Positions 39,828 to 49,643 of a DNA stretch of 56,304 bases are shown in pieces. The position numbers were made by a program, and so were the translations under genes. The DNA is taken from IMG/VR virus record IMGVR_UViG_3300044815_000143, positions 1 to 56,304 of that record; one strand, given 5' to 3'. The notes under the pieces are model-generated. The model searched no databases. It had not been told where the DNA came from and saw only the letters and a program-made list of their open reading frames with translations. The number at the start of each line of letters is the position of its first letter. Positions within the stretch are counted from its first letter, which is position 1. The stretch comes from a virus (lineage: Duplodnaviria; Caudoviricetes).

Positions 39828-40094
39828 TTATGCGCCGAAAACTGCCAGACCCACAATGCGAAGCTGGGTACCATTATCCTCTGCCGTGTTCATCATCATG
39901 TATGCGGCTCTATCCGTTGCCATGAACCCATCGATACCGGCAACCGTATAGGTCTCGCCGTTGCTTTCAATCTTCGAACCGATCTCGGGAACGTTCACGA
40001 ACGGGAACGCCAGCTTGAATTCATCCGGCGTATAATTGCCGTTGATGTTCATCAGATTCGGTTGAAGCAAGGCGGGATCATAATATTTCTTCAC
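39828..40094 (-). CDS. Hypothetical protein
   Basis: GGAG RBS, GTG start. Confidence 0.6.
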   Translation of the reverse strand: MKKYYDPALLQPNLMNINGNYTPDEFKLAFPFVNVPEIGSKIESNGETYTVAGIDGFMATDRAAYMMMNTAEDNGTQLRIVGLAVFGA

Positions 40095-40126
40095 GGAAAC
40101 TCTCCATTAACTACCACCTTAGTTAT

Positions 40127-40627
40127 CTATGGACAGATGCCAACGTCCCATTCGTATTCCTTTTCGCCGTCTTCATCGACGGTCTCGTAGCTCTCGACCC
40201 AGCTTTCATACTTGTCGGACATCAGGATGCGAACGGCCTGATCGATACACCACGCCTTGTGGTGGGCGCCGTCGATCTGGGAATAACGGAAGAGCAGGTT
40301 GGTCGCGTCGAGGATGCGCTGTTTGGGCGTGAACGGCTTGCCGCCCGCTTCCAGATTGATCAACTCCCGGCGAAGGTCGCGGAGGTCGTCAGGGGACATG
40401 CAGTGCCGGATTCCCATGTCCGCATCTTTGGTGATCTGCTTGGTATAATACTGGTGAAAGCTGTTGCCTTCGTAGGTCTGGAGACGGCGGTCCTGTTGGA
40501 CGTAGTGGTCCAGACCGCGATAGATCACCAACGCGGTGTAGATCGGCACGTCATGGCCGCCACCGCGTAGAACGCCATTGTCGAGGATATCGTCGATGGC
40601 AGTGATGACATTGGCGGCGACAGACAT
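40127..40627 (-). CDS. Hypothetical protein
   Basis: GGAG RBS; QIDGAHHKAWCIDQ...WDVGICP. Confidence 0.7.
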   Translation of the reverse strand: MSVAANVITAIDDILDNGVLRGGGHDVPIYTALVIYRGLDHYVQQDRRLQTYEGNSFHQYYTKQITKDADMGIRHCMSPDDLRDLRRELINLEAGGKPFTPKQRILDATNLLFRYSQIDGAHHKAWCIDQAVRILMSDKYESWVESYETVDEDGEKEYEWDVGICP

Positions 40628-40679
40628 GAAAAATGCTCCGTATGGTTAACGGAGCATTATCAGGAATAGTTAATTTTGG

Positions 40680-40949
40680 TCAACCAGATTTAGCGGCCCG
40701 GATCGCATCGAGCGCACTTTCCATCGAGTAGAAAGTTCCGCTGCATCGGGGCGTGTGAAGCTGTACGACGACGGCCCGCTCTCCAAACATGCGGATGATG
40801 CCGTGTCCTTCGAAACGACCGTTGCCAGCCGTCCGGTTGTTCCAACGCGTCGCGCGCGTGTAAGGGAACGGTTTGTACGTGTACTTCGCGCCAAGCAACT
40901 CGGCACACGTTTGGTAGAACCCTTGCTCCACCTCTTGATCTCTTTTCAT
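40680..40949 (-). CDS. Hypothetical protein
   Basis: TRWNNRTAGNGRFEG.G; upstream TTGACA promoter. Confidence 0.7.
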   Translation of the reverse strand: MKRDQEVEQGFYQTCAELLGAKYTYKPFPYTRATRWNNRTAGNGRFEGHGIIRMFGERAVVVQLHTPRCSGTFYSMESALDAIRAAKSG

Positions 40950-40984
40950 TCTGACCGGTATTTAATCAGAATGAAAAGAGGATG

Positions 40985-41338
40985 TCAATCAAGTTGCATA
41001 TGCTCGACGATCAGGTCGATCTCGCGTTGTGAAAATCCACCCGCCGAGTTCACGTCTTCCTGATCCTTGCCGTACAGCATGTGTTCGATGGTTTGGTCGA
41101 ACAGATCACCGATGATCTCCGGTTTGCTGTTCCAGAGCAACGTGACGAAATTGTTGATGCCGTGGCGACCCCTGATAGCCTTCAGGAGGGCAAGCATGAC
41201 TCCAAGCCATAGCGGAGGCTTCATCAGGCTCTTATGGAGCACCAGACGCACGAATTCGAGCGTCTTGAACTCGTCCAAGTTCTCCAGCATGGTGGCCAGA
41301 TCGTTCACGTCGGTTGCGGAAGAAGCCTTGTAGGTCAT
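40985..41338 (-). CDS. Hypothetical protein
   Basis: ATGA overlap. Confidence 0.65.
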   Translation of the reverse strand: MTYKASSATDVNDLATMLENLDEFKTLEFVRLVLHKSLMKPPLWLGVMLALLKAIRGRHGINNFVTLLWNSKPEIIGDLFDQTIEHMLYGKDQEDVNSAGGFSQREIDLIVEHMQLD

Positions 41339-41544
41339 TTTGATTTTCTTAAAAAATCGGCCATGTGGAAATAGAACGACATCCATAGATCGGCGAGGAT
41401 GACACCGAGAAAGATTGGCCCAAGGACTATCTGCTCAGCGATGTGTTCGCGGTCGTCATTGCTGTTCTCGCGCCGAGTTATCGCGACCACCAGCGCGGCC
41501 AGCCAGACGATAACACCGAAGAACAGGATAGCGGCGAAAGTCAT
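41335..41544 (-). CDS. Small membrane protein
   Basis: Two hydrophobic segments. Confidence 0.6.
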   Translation of the reverse strand: MTFAAILFFGVIVWLAALVVAITRRENSNDDREHIAEQIVLGPIFLGVILADLWMSFYFHMADFLRKSK

Positions 41545-41679
41545 TCGTATCCCTCTTCATAGTGGGACTTATACTCGACCAACATTTCGTCATCCAACTC
41601 GAAGCCAAGTTCTTTCAGGTCGGTCATCATCAAGTCGGCGCCTTCGATACCTTCCCGTCATGTTGAGCCAGCCGCCCAT
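41541..41679 (-). CDS. Small acidic protein (apparent +1 frameshift at G3 41654-41656)
   Basis: Removing one G gives MGGWLNMTEGIEGADLMMTDLKELGF...EEGYE with ATGA overlap to the next gene. Confidence 0.45.
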
Positions 41680-41688
41680 GGTGTTTTC

Positions 41689-41892
41689 CTACAGCTTTTC
41701 CCGAACCACTTCCCATAGGTACGCAGCGGAGAACGCGGCGACGAATGGAACTTGGATAAAAGTGAACAAGGCCGGAGGATTGAACATGATGACGGTCGCG
41801 ATCATCACACCGAGTGACAACAGCGTTGACAAGGCCGAGATCAGGGTGAAAACCAAGAGCCCTGTCAGGAAATATTTGACCTGATGGCTCAT
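41689..41892 (-). CDS. Small membrane protein
   Basis: Two hydrophobic helices; ATGA overlap with groES. Confidence 0.6.
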   Translation of the reverse strand: MSHQVKYFLTGLLVFTLISALSTLLSLGVMIATVIMFNPPALFTFIQVPFVAAFSAAYLWEVVREKL

Positions 41893-42188
41893 TCGACCAC
41901 GCAATAGATGTCAGATTCCTTGATCACCACGAGGGCCTTGCCGTCGATGGTGATGTCGGTTGCGGAGGTGGCCGGGAAAATGACTTTCTCGCCGACCTTC
42001 AGGGTCATCGGGATGAGAGCGCCATCCTTCGTGCGAGCGCCGGGACCTACCGCGACGACTGTGGCTTCGTTGGGCTTTTCGGCGAAAGTGGCGGCGATCA
42101 GGATCGAGCCGACTTTCTTAGCCTCTTCCGCGCGTTCCAGAAGGACACGGTCGGCCATGGGTTGGTATGACATTTGAAAATGACTCAC
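41889..42188 (-). CDS. groES: Co-chaperonin GroES
   Basis: PMADRVLLER...ATVVAVGPG...LKVGEKVIF...IKESDI. Confidence 0.9.
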   Translation of the reverse strand: MSHFQMSYQPMADRVLLERAEEAKKVGSILIAATFAEKPNEATVVAVGPGARTKDGALIPMTLKVGEKVIFPATSATDITIDGKALVVIKESDIYCVVE

Positions 42189-42258
42189 GGTAAAAATGCG
42201 ATATCTTCACTCTACCGTAAGCGAAATATTAACGCAAGTGGTTAACGATAAATATGAG

Positions 42259-42810
42259 ATGCACCCGGTTCTCCAACAATATCTGCACGACGATGTCCCT
42301 CACGTCCTTGACGAAGAGTATTACAAGGACATCATGCAGGCCGTTGATCCGAACTGGCTCCCCCACAATGATTATTCGAAACTAATCCCATACGTTCGAT
42401 ATGTGGGTACCAAGAAAAACACCATGAAGTACTTCGTCCCGAACAAGTACAATGGGTGGAATACCTACATCCAGTTCCCGGAGTGGGACGATCAGATGCT
42501 CGATCCGAGCCTGACAGTCAATGATGCTGCCAAACTTCTTCTGTGGGCTGGTAATGTCCGTGTCCATTGTCCTTGCCCAGCGTTCAAGTACTGGGGTATG
42601 CAGTACATCATGACACAGAAAGATGCGGCCATCGTTCCCGAAGACCGTTATCCACACATCCGCAACCCCAACCTCAAGGGCGTGGTCTGTAAGCACCTGA
42701 ACAGAACCCTGAAGGTTCTGCCCTTCCACCTTGGTGACATGGCCTCGGCGATGAAAGAACAACGGGCTGAGTATGCTGCTGAGCATGGCGAACATGATCA
42801 CCACGACTAA
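42259..42810 (+). CDS. SWIM-like zinc-finger protein
   Basis: VHCPCPAFKYWG...GVVCKHL; TAAATA 4 nt before ATG 42259. Confidence 0.7.
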   Translation: MHPVLQQYLHDDVPHVLDEEYYKDIMQAVDPNWLPHNDYSKLIPYVRYVGTKKNTMKYFVPNKYNGWNTYIQFPEWDDQMLDPSLTVNDAAKLLLWAGNVRVHCPCPAFKYWGMQYIMTQKDAAIVPEDRYPHIRNPNLKGVVCKHLNRTLKVLPFHLGDMASAMKEQRAEYAAEHGEHDHHD

Positions 42811-42813
42811 TCG

Positions 42814-43449
42814 TTATGAGGAAGTCCTTGATCGTAAGAGATTTTCATGAACTATTTCGATCCTAGACCGAAACACATCCGGAACCTCATTCATTACTCG
42901 ATTACACGGACCACAGGCTCCACAGGGATCGAATTTATGATCCACGCCCTCGCACCATGTAATCAACGAAGTGAGAGGCCCCAATGATTCATAAATCTGT
43001 GCCTTACCGGTCTTAGATAGTGGGAAAACAAGCTCAGGAAGATTACCAGAGGTCGTCAACGACTTATAAGACGACCATATGGCCTTAAAGTCCTCTAGGT
43101 AACTGACAGCATCGTCCTTTAGGACATATGCCATTGCTACATAATCGAACGTATCTACATCAGCAGCCCACAATGCACTCGTAAGAAATAATGCAGGCTG
43201 AGTTAATGACAGGTGGCGGTTCCCGTGCTCTAAGCTAATACTAGCTATCTCGCCCCAGTCAATGTAGGTAGAATACAAAGAGAAATATCGCTCCTTGATT
43301 AGTTCGCGAGCGGCCTTCTCACGTTGAGATTTCTCTTCATTATTCCCAATGGAGACGTAACCAGTAGTAACTGTGTGTCCATTGGTTAGGAGTGATCTTA
43401 CCAACTCCGTGCTATCGGCGCCGCCAGACCATAAAACTAGATATCTCAT
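42814..43449 (-). CDS. QueC-like PP-loop ATPase
   Basis: LWSGGADST; C-terminal C...CGACGPC; visibly AT-richer than neighbours. Confidence 0.75.
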   Translation of the reverse strand: MRYLVLWSGGADSTELVRSLLTNGHTVTTGYVSIGNNEEKSQREKAARELIKERYFSLYSTYIDWGEIASISLEHGNRHLSLTQPALFLTSALWAADVDTFDYVAMAYVLKDDAVSYLEDFKAIWSSYKSLTTSGNLPELVFPLSKTGKAQIYESLGPLTSLITWCEGVDHKFDPCGACGPCNRVMNEVPDVFRSRIEIVHENLLRSRTSS

Positions 43450-43457
43450 TTACTGAC

Positions 43458-46400
43458 CTAACGCTTAAGCGGTCCTTCGAGGATCGTAAAGGCCAAGCTG
43501 CCAAACTTCCCATCGAACGTCTTGAAGCGTCCACCCGTGACATCGTCCGTGAACAGGACGATCTCCGGCTCAGAGACGCGTGGCGAGGTCGCCCAGTAAT
43601 ACCCACCGTCCGTGTACCGTGCCGACAAGGGCGGCTCACGCTTCCCGGTGGCGACCTCCCATGCCTTTACGGCCCTCGCGTCGCGCAGCGACAAGGTAGG
43701 GAAATCCGGATCGGCGCCAACATCCGTGAAATACCGGCGGGACCGTTCACACCGCTGACCATCGGCCGGGTGGATCGTGATCACCGGGTAACCGTTCTGC
43801 AAATCCATCAACATGGTCACTTGGCTGACGCGCAGGATTTCGGCAGCGTCCAGTTCCACGCCGGAGAAAGCGTTGTACAGCGGGATTGGCAGGATCAGAG
43901 CGACCTTGGTGTCGTAACCGGTCTTGATAGTCTTGGCCGCGCGTGCCTCTTCCAGTTGCTGGTTGACCAACGACGCGACCTTGCGGATGGCTCTCCAACG
44001 GCGAAACACACCTTCCCGATCAGGAAGGTACTGATTGTCCTTTGGCAATTGATCGCACAGTTCGTCGAGTTCCCGCATCGTCGGATCGGACTGCGGTTCA
44101 TAATGCCGATGAATATTATGATCCTTCGGCATGATCAAGATGCCGACATCGGCTCGCATCTGGACCATCACCTCATGCACCATGAACGGCATGATCGGCT
44201 GCAACCATGCCGTCAAAGCGGTGAAGATGGAATTCAGCACCGTGCGATAGGCCCGGCGGCCCACGGACTTCGGATCGTCGCAGTACAGAACGTCTTTGCG
44301 GATGTCGAAGAAGAATGCCGACAGATCGTTGATGCAAAACTCGTTCAGGATACGCACGATATCGCCGAACTCATAGCTCTGGTAAAGTTCGGTGATTTGG
44401 CCGGACAATTGGCCAAGCCGTTCGTGGATGAAACCCTCCAACTCCGGATACAGGGATGGCGAGACGCTTTCAACCGGCGTGAACCCGTCGAGGGCGCCCA
44501 TTAGATAGCGGAGCGTCAGGCGGAATTTCTTGTACACGTCCATGGTCGTGTCGAGCATCTTCGGGCCGCACCTGACATCGACCGTGTAATCACTCATGGC
44601 GACCCAGAGGCGCAGGACATCGGTCCCATGCTTCTCGACGATTTCCTGTGGGCTGATGACGTTGCCCACCGACTTGGACATCTTGCGGCCCTTGTCGTCG
44701 AGTGTGAAACCGTGCGTCAGAACGTTCTTGAACGGCATCCGGCCGGTGGCGGCGACCGTGCGCAGGATCGACGTGCCGAACCACCCGCGATGCTGGTCGG
44801 AGCCTTCGAGGTAGAGATCGACGTGAGCCTTGTCGATCAATTCCAGCGAGCATGACGAATCGAACCAAACATCCAGAACGTCGGTCACCTTCTGATATTG
44901 GCTCGGATCGACAGGTTCGTCTTCCAGCCAGTATTCCGTGGAATACTGCCACCACGCGTCGCCACCTTCCACCGACAGCACATCGAAGATGCGCTTCTGC
45001 AATGCGGGAGACATGTAGGTGCGGCCGGTGGGCTCATGGACGAACAACGCCAGCGGCGTTCCCCATACACGTTGACGGCTGATCAGCCAGTCGGGACGTG
45101 TTGCAAGGGCCGTTTCCAGACGGTTGCGGCTGCGCTCCGGCGCCATGGCGACATAGGTAAGGCCATTCGCCATATTTTCCTTCATGTCGCTGTCCACTCG
45201 CACGAACCACTGGGTGGTGTTGCGGAAGATCAGCGGCGCCTTGGACCGCCACGAGTGCGGGTAGGAATGGACCATGGTGTTGAACCCGGCCAGAGCGCCA
45301 GCCGCGTTCAGAGCGTCCATGACCTTCTTATTGGTCGGTTCGAATGTGTAAAGGTCAACGCCCTTGTTGTTGAACTTCGTCAGGACGTTCAGACTGCCGA
45401 ACAGGCCGACTTCGGGGAGGTAGGAACCCGCCGCGTCCACGACTTCGGGAACGTCGCCCATGTTGTGGGTCTGCCAGAGCGCATAGTCCTCGGGACCATG
45501 GCCGGGCGCGGTGTGAACGAAGCCCGTCCCGGTCTCGTCACGAACGTGCGAACCCTCCAACAACGGGATCGGCATGCTGTAGTAATCGTTCTGGGGCCAG
45601 AGCGGATGGATGAGGACCGCACCCGTGATGTGATTATTGTACGGCCCAAGGTCGATCATCGCGACGGGTGAACCCTTGGCGGCTTCGGCATTGATACGGT
45701 CGGCATAGGTCTTCGAGACCACGACGTAGTCGCCGGTGAAACCCTCTTGGTAAAGGTGATAATTGATGTCCGGGCTGAAAGCCACGGCGCGCGAGGCGGG
45801 GATCGTCCACGGGGTCGTGGTCCAGATCATCAAATGAACCGGTTCATCCTTAAGGAACAGGTTCTTGAACTTGTACTTGACCCAGATTTCCGTGGTCTTC
45901 ATGTCGAGATGATCGACCTCGGCATCGGCCAGAGCCGTCTGTTCGACCGTGCTCCACAGAAACGGCTTCGTGCCCCGATAGACGAGGCCCTTGTCATGCA
46001 GTTTGTGGAGTTCGCGCGCGATCTTCGCCTCGGACAGGAAATCCATGGTCGCATAGCGGCGGTCATAATCGGCCAGAACGCCGAGCGCCTTGAAGCCTTC
46101 CATCTGGCCAGCGAGTTGTTGCGTGGCGTACTCGCGGCACATGGCGCGGAACGACAGCAATGGCATGTCGGATTTGTTCACCCCGGCTTGCAGCAGATGC
46201 TTCTCGACTTGCTGTTCGATGGGAAGGCCATGGCAGTCCCAGCCCGGCCGGTAGTTGACTTCCTTGCCCATGCCGAGTTGCGAACGGACGACGAAATCCT
46301 TCAGGACTTTGTTCATCGCGTGGCCGATGTGGATATCGCCGTTTGCGTAGGGCGGGCCATCGTGCAGAACGAAGGCGTTTCCATTGTCCGAAGCCGTCAG

Positions 46401-46508
46401 GGAATACAGGCCCTTCCACGATTCCACGATACCGGCCTCGTCGAGCGGGCGCTGCATCGAAAAATCGGTTCGCGGGAGGAACACCGTATCCTTGAAATCG
46501 GTCGTCAT
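43458..46508 (-). CDS. ileS: Isoleucyl-tRNA synthetase
   Basis: LHDGPPYANGDIHIGH, GWDCHGLP, WTTTPWT, GTGFVH, DWLISRQR, EGSDQHRGWF, KMSKS. Confidence 0.95.
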   Translation of the reverse strand: MTTDFKDTVFLPRTDFSMQRPLDEAGIVESWKGLYSLTASDNGNAFVLHDGPPYANGDIHIGHAMNKVLKDFVVRSQLGMGKEVNYRPGWDCHGLPIEQQVEKHLLQAGVNKSDMPLLSFRAMCREYATQQLAGQMEGFKALGVLADYDRRYATMDFLSEAKIARELHKLHDKGLVYRGTKPFLWSTVEQTALADAEVDHLDMKTTEIWVKYKFKNLFLKDEPVHLMIWTTTPWTIPASRAVAFSPDINYHLYQEGFTGDYVVVSKTYADRINAEAAKGSPVAMIDLGPYNNHITGAVLIHPLWPQNDYYSMPIPLLEGSHVRDETGTGFVHTAPGHGPEDYALWQTHNMGDVPEVVDAAGSYLPEVGLFGSLNVLTKFNNKGVDLYTFEPTNKKVMDALNAAGALAGFNTMVHSYPHSWRSKAPLIFRNTTQWFVRVDSDMKENMANGLTYVAMAPERSRNRLETALATRPDWLISRQRVWGTPLALFVHEPTGRTYMSPALQKRIFDVLSVEGGDAWWQYSTEYWLEDEPVDPSQYQKVTDVLDVWFDSSCSLELIDKAHVDLYLEGSDQHRGWFGTSILRTVAATGRMPFKNVLTHGFTLDDKGRKMSKSVGNVISPQEIVEKHGTDVLRLWVAMSDYTVDVRCGPKMLDTTMDVYKKFRLTLRYLMGALDGFTPVESVSPSLYPELEGFIHERLGQLSGQITELYQSYEFGDIVRILNEFCINDLSAFFFDIRKDVLYCDDPKSVGRRAYRTVLNSIFTALTAWLQPIMPFMVHEVMVQMRADVGILIMPKDHNIHRHYEPQSDPTMRELDELCDQLPKDNQYLPDREGVFRRWRAIRKVASLVNQQLEEARAAKTIKTGYDTKVALILPIPLYNAFSGVELDAAEILRVSQVTMLMDLQNGYPVITIHPADGQRCERSRRYFTDVGADPDFPTLSLRDARAVKAWEVATGKREPPLSARYTDGGYYWATSPRVSEPEIVLFTDDVTGGRFKTFDGKFGSLAFTILEGPLKR

Positions 46509-46560
46509 CGGAAGCCTTTTGGATTACCAGATGCGTATAGAACGAAAACGAGTCGAAATG

Positions 46561-47109
46561 TCAAGCCGTTTTGTCTTCGTCGTACTGCTCATGGAGGACC
46601 ATTTTGGTCAGAACCATGGCGGTGACGTATTCCTCGTAACTACCTAGAATCACTGGGTTTTTATTTTCCGGAATACCGAACCTGAGCAACCAAAACGCCA
46701 GCACGGTTGGGCATGCTTGGTTCTTGAAAATGTTCCCATCGCCACGATTGGCCCGGAACGTGACCATCTCGGTGTGGTATAGAGGAAGACTTAGTGAAGA
46801 AAAACTGCTCGGGTCTTCATGAGGGCGGCCGTAATGATCCGTCACTATCCTCTTTTTGGCGAGTTCATCTGGGGCTTTCAGAACAATTGTGGTGTTCCAC
46901 AGCTTTCCCTCGGAAAGCCGAAACGTGACGGATTTCTCCGTGGTCTTGAACATGGAGATCGTTATGCGCTTTCCAGCGATAGTATTGTGGAATGTTTTCC
47001 CATTTTTCTCACCAAAACACATCAACAAACGAACGTTCTCTCGGAAAACGTGGAATTCGTTGTCAGAAAGAAGGGCCATATGCAATTCGTTGTCGGAGAG
47101 AAGGGTCAT
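46561..47109 (-). CDS. Hypothetical protein (N-terminal LLSDNE tandem duplication)
   Basis: ATGA overlap; MTLLSDNELHMALLSDNEFHV. Confidence 0.65.
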   Translation of the reverse strand: MTLLSDNELHMALLSDNEFHVFRENVRLLMCFGEKNGKTFHNTIAGKRITISMFKTTEKSVTFRLSEGKLWNTTIVLKAPDELAKKRIVTDHYGRPHEDPSSFSSLSLPLYHTEMVTFRANRGDGNIFKNQACPTVLAFWLLRFGIPENKNPVILGSYEEYVTAMVLTKMVLHEQYDEDKTA

Positions 47110-47390
47110 ACGAGCAACCTCGCGAAAACCATCTGCACAGGGTCTTCGAACATGAACATGATGTCGTTGCCACCCTTGCCATAAAGGATATACGTCCACT
47201 CGCTGGTGATCGAATCACTCATGGCGATAGTAGCGATGGCGTGCCATTTTTCCATGATGTCGGCACGACGCACGACGAAATGCTCGCTGAAACGCTTTCG
47301 CGCCTCGGCGTTGGTCATCTTGAACCCGACGAAACTCGGGTTGGACAACAAGGCATCTCTGGCTGCTTGGCGGGCTTTGTCTTCGGTCAT
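47106..47390 (-). CDS. Hypothetical protein
   Basis: ATGA overlap; MTEDKARQAARD... Confidence 0.65.
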   Translation of the reverse strand: MTEDKARQAARDALLSNPSFVGFKMTNAEARKRFSEHFVVRRADIMEKWHAIATIAMSDSITSEWTYILYGKGGNDIMFMFEDPVQMVFARLLV

Positions 47391-47719
47391 ACCAGCATGG
47401 ACGGGGTCAGGCCCACCGTCGCGAAATCCCGTTCGAATTGGATTACGTCGGAGAAACGCTCGAACAGGACGAACGAATCGTTCGGGTTCCCCGTATCGAG
47501 CGAGACGGGAGGATGGTCGGCGTAGGGGAAAGAATTTCCCATGTAGAACTTGCCGTTCGTATTGTCGTTCAGCCAGTTGAACAATTCCATCTCGTAGACG
47601 ATGGATTCCAGACCCTTTCCGTTGGCCACGCCAATACGGAAACAATAGACACCCGCCTCAAAGCCCATGTAACGGGCCTTGATGTGATCGGTGTCCAAGT
47701 CGTAAGGGTTCTGAGCCAT
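47387..47719 (-). CDS. Hypothetical protein
   Basis: TTGACT...GCTATCGT promoter a few nt before ATG (leaderless-like). Confidence 0.7.
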   Translation of the reverse strand: MAQNPYDLDTDHIKARYMGFEAGVYCFRIGVANGKGLESIVYEMELFNWLNDNTNGKFYMGNSFPYADHPPVSLDTGNPNDSFVLFERFSDVIQFERDFATVGLTPSMLV

Positions 47720-47760
47720 AATCAAACGATAGCATATGCACAGGAGAAGTCAAGGTATTT

Positions 47761-48515
47761 AGAGGTGACACTGACGTGTCACCTCTGCTGATCACGGAAA
47801 CGAACTGCGCATTCGCTTGTCCGTTCCGCAATCAGCAGTCAAATCAATGAGAAACGAAAGCAATAAAAACGAATATGTCATACCCTAGATTATAGTCTCT
47901 TTCTCCCCCTCTCAAAATATACAAGTATGCGTAGCATTTTGGACGTAATGAAACGTAACCTTCATGCCACGACACCTGTGTATTTTGAGAGGGGGATTGT
48001 CTTACCCTGAGTCAGTAAGCCTTTTCGTAAGTCACTTGCTGCGTTTATAGCAGCGGCAGGCGGTCTCCCGAAGACCTGCTCGTCGCAACCCAATCCCGAC
48101 AGGTTCCACCCAATGGTCAGAGTTTGGGGTTTAGGGCTCAATTCCGCTTGCGCGGATTAAATTGGCCTTCCTTGCCTCTGAGGTGAACGTTTGTAAGTCA
48201 GACGGTTATGATCCCTCCGGAGAAGGATCAAGCTTGCATACTCGGCCCGAAAATGACCGGCATGCACAGAGAACTGTCAAATGATTCAAGACATAGTTCT
48301 CTTCTTGTTCAGTGCCTTTGTCGTAATCCATAAGGATTACAGTGGGAAGCCGTTGACATCCACCGCGCGCTTTTATGCACAGTCCGCGTGGAGCGTCCGT
48401 CCCGTGGTCGTTCTACCGCGTATCCGCCTAAACCCCGTTCGATGGGTAGTAAAGAAAGATTTCAACGCTTTGCGACGAGCATGGCCGCGAGTGATAATGC
48501 TCTGAACGAATATGA
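47761..48515. ncRNA. Large structured non-coding region (candidate long ncRNA or origin)
   Basis: Nested helices 48077-88/48470-81 (12 bp), 48126-35/48427-36 (10 bp), 48032-39/48487-94; 20-bp stem 47904-23/47977-96; many local hairpins. Confidence 0.55.
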
Positions 48516-48682
48516 GTCCCTGTATAGAATCCTTTTGTAATTTCTGTCAAATAGAGTCATGGGGTAGAAATGATTTATTAATTACCTTAAACGAAAAAGG
48601 CCGACAGAATAGATCAGACCCTTGTAAAATACCCCAAGTGATGGTATATTGTCATTATATGCAATTTTTGCGGGAGATCATC

Positions 48683-48925
48683 ATGCTCACGGCTAAGATT
48701 ACTTTTATGGTCCACGCCGACTTCATCGGTTTCGCGGCTGGTCATGAGATCGCCGTTGAGGCTGAGTTCACTAACATGGATCAGGTGATTATCTGGGTTG
48801 ACGGCATCAACGCCCAGTTCAAAGAATTGCCGTTCCACGTCGAAGAGGCAAAGATCGACGACCGAAATTTCTACAGCCCTGATCTTGGACCGATCATATC
48901 GGTATTCGGCCTCGTCGGATACTGA
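48683..48925 (+). CDS. Hypothetical protein
   Basis: GGGAG RBS before ATG 48683. Confidence 0.6.
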   Translation: MLTAKITFMVHADFIGFAAGHEIAVEAEFTNMDQVIIWVDGINAQFKELPFHVEEAKIDDRNFYSPDLGPIISVFGLVGY

Positions 48926-48967
48926 TCACGTTGAGTGACACGCGGTGATTTTACCTAAATAATCACC

Positions 48968-49624
48968 ATGTTGCACATCCGTAAATCCATCAACATCGTC
49001 GATTCGTACCAAAACGATATTGGTACACCAGATGCTGTTGAGCTTGAGACGAACATCAATCTCGACTTTGCCGGGTTCGAGAAAGAGAACGCGCAATTGA
49101 CGGCTCAGTACCATCTCTCCAAATGGTCGGCGACCGTGGCTCTGATCAAGCATTACTCGGCCGGTTCGAACATCAACAACGATTTGATCCGTGTTGGTGG
49201 TGATCCCGCCGAGTTGGGATACGTCGAGCAGAGGGAATACAACGCCTTGATCGGCCTTGGTGGTCGGGTTGAGTTGGCCGAGCCGCACCATGTCTACAGC
49301 GGCACGGGGACGTTTGATCCCCGCGACGTGACGGTTGAGGGAATTTTCAAGACCCCGGCCTTCATGAGTACGTCCCTAAGCATCAAGGTGGCTGTCAAGA
49401 CCACCAATTACCGCCGCAAGGAGGATGAGGACCATGTTCTCCATTTCACCCTCCCTGCTGGTTTCTCGGATGGTTTCTACATCGCTCCGTATTCTCATGA
49501 TCCTGAAGAACTCGAATTTCTAATTCTGGCGAACATTTCATTCAAGTATTTGGGAACGAAAATCGTTGATCTGGATGGCGTGACCAGACACTTCCATTCT
49601 TATCGACCATTGACTTCCGGGTAG
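48968..49624 (+). CDS. ADP-ribosyltransferase-like protein (VIP2/Alt-type)
   Basis: HYSAGSNINNDL, VYSG, FMSTSL, ELEFLIL; TAAATA 6 nt upstream. Confidence 0.7.
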   Translation: MLHIRKSINIVDSYQNDIGTPDAVELETNINLDFAGFEKENAQLTAQYHLSKWSATVALIKHYSAGSNINNDLIRVGGDPAELGYVEQREYNALIGLGGRVELAEPHHVYSGTGTFDPRDVTVEGIFKTPAFMSTSLSIKVAVKTTNYRRKEDEDHVLHFTLPAGFSDGFYIAPYSHDPEELEFLILANISFKYLGTKIVDLDGVTRHFHSYRPLTSG

Positions 49625-49643
49625 TAATGTGTAGGGTCACTGC

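Noticed and set aside
47887-47898. AGATTATAGTCT resembling a group I intron S element
   Set aside because: No matching R/P7 partner found and no interrupted gene
48281-48505. 74-aa ORF in the structured gap
   Set aside because: No RBS, atypical codons, and it overlaps the paired helices
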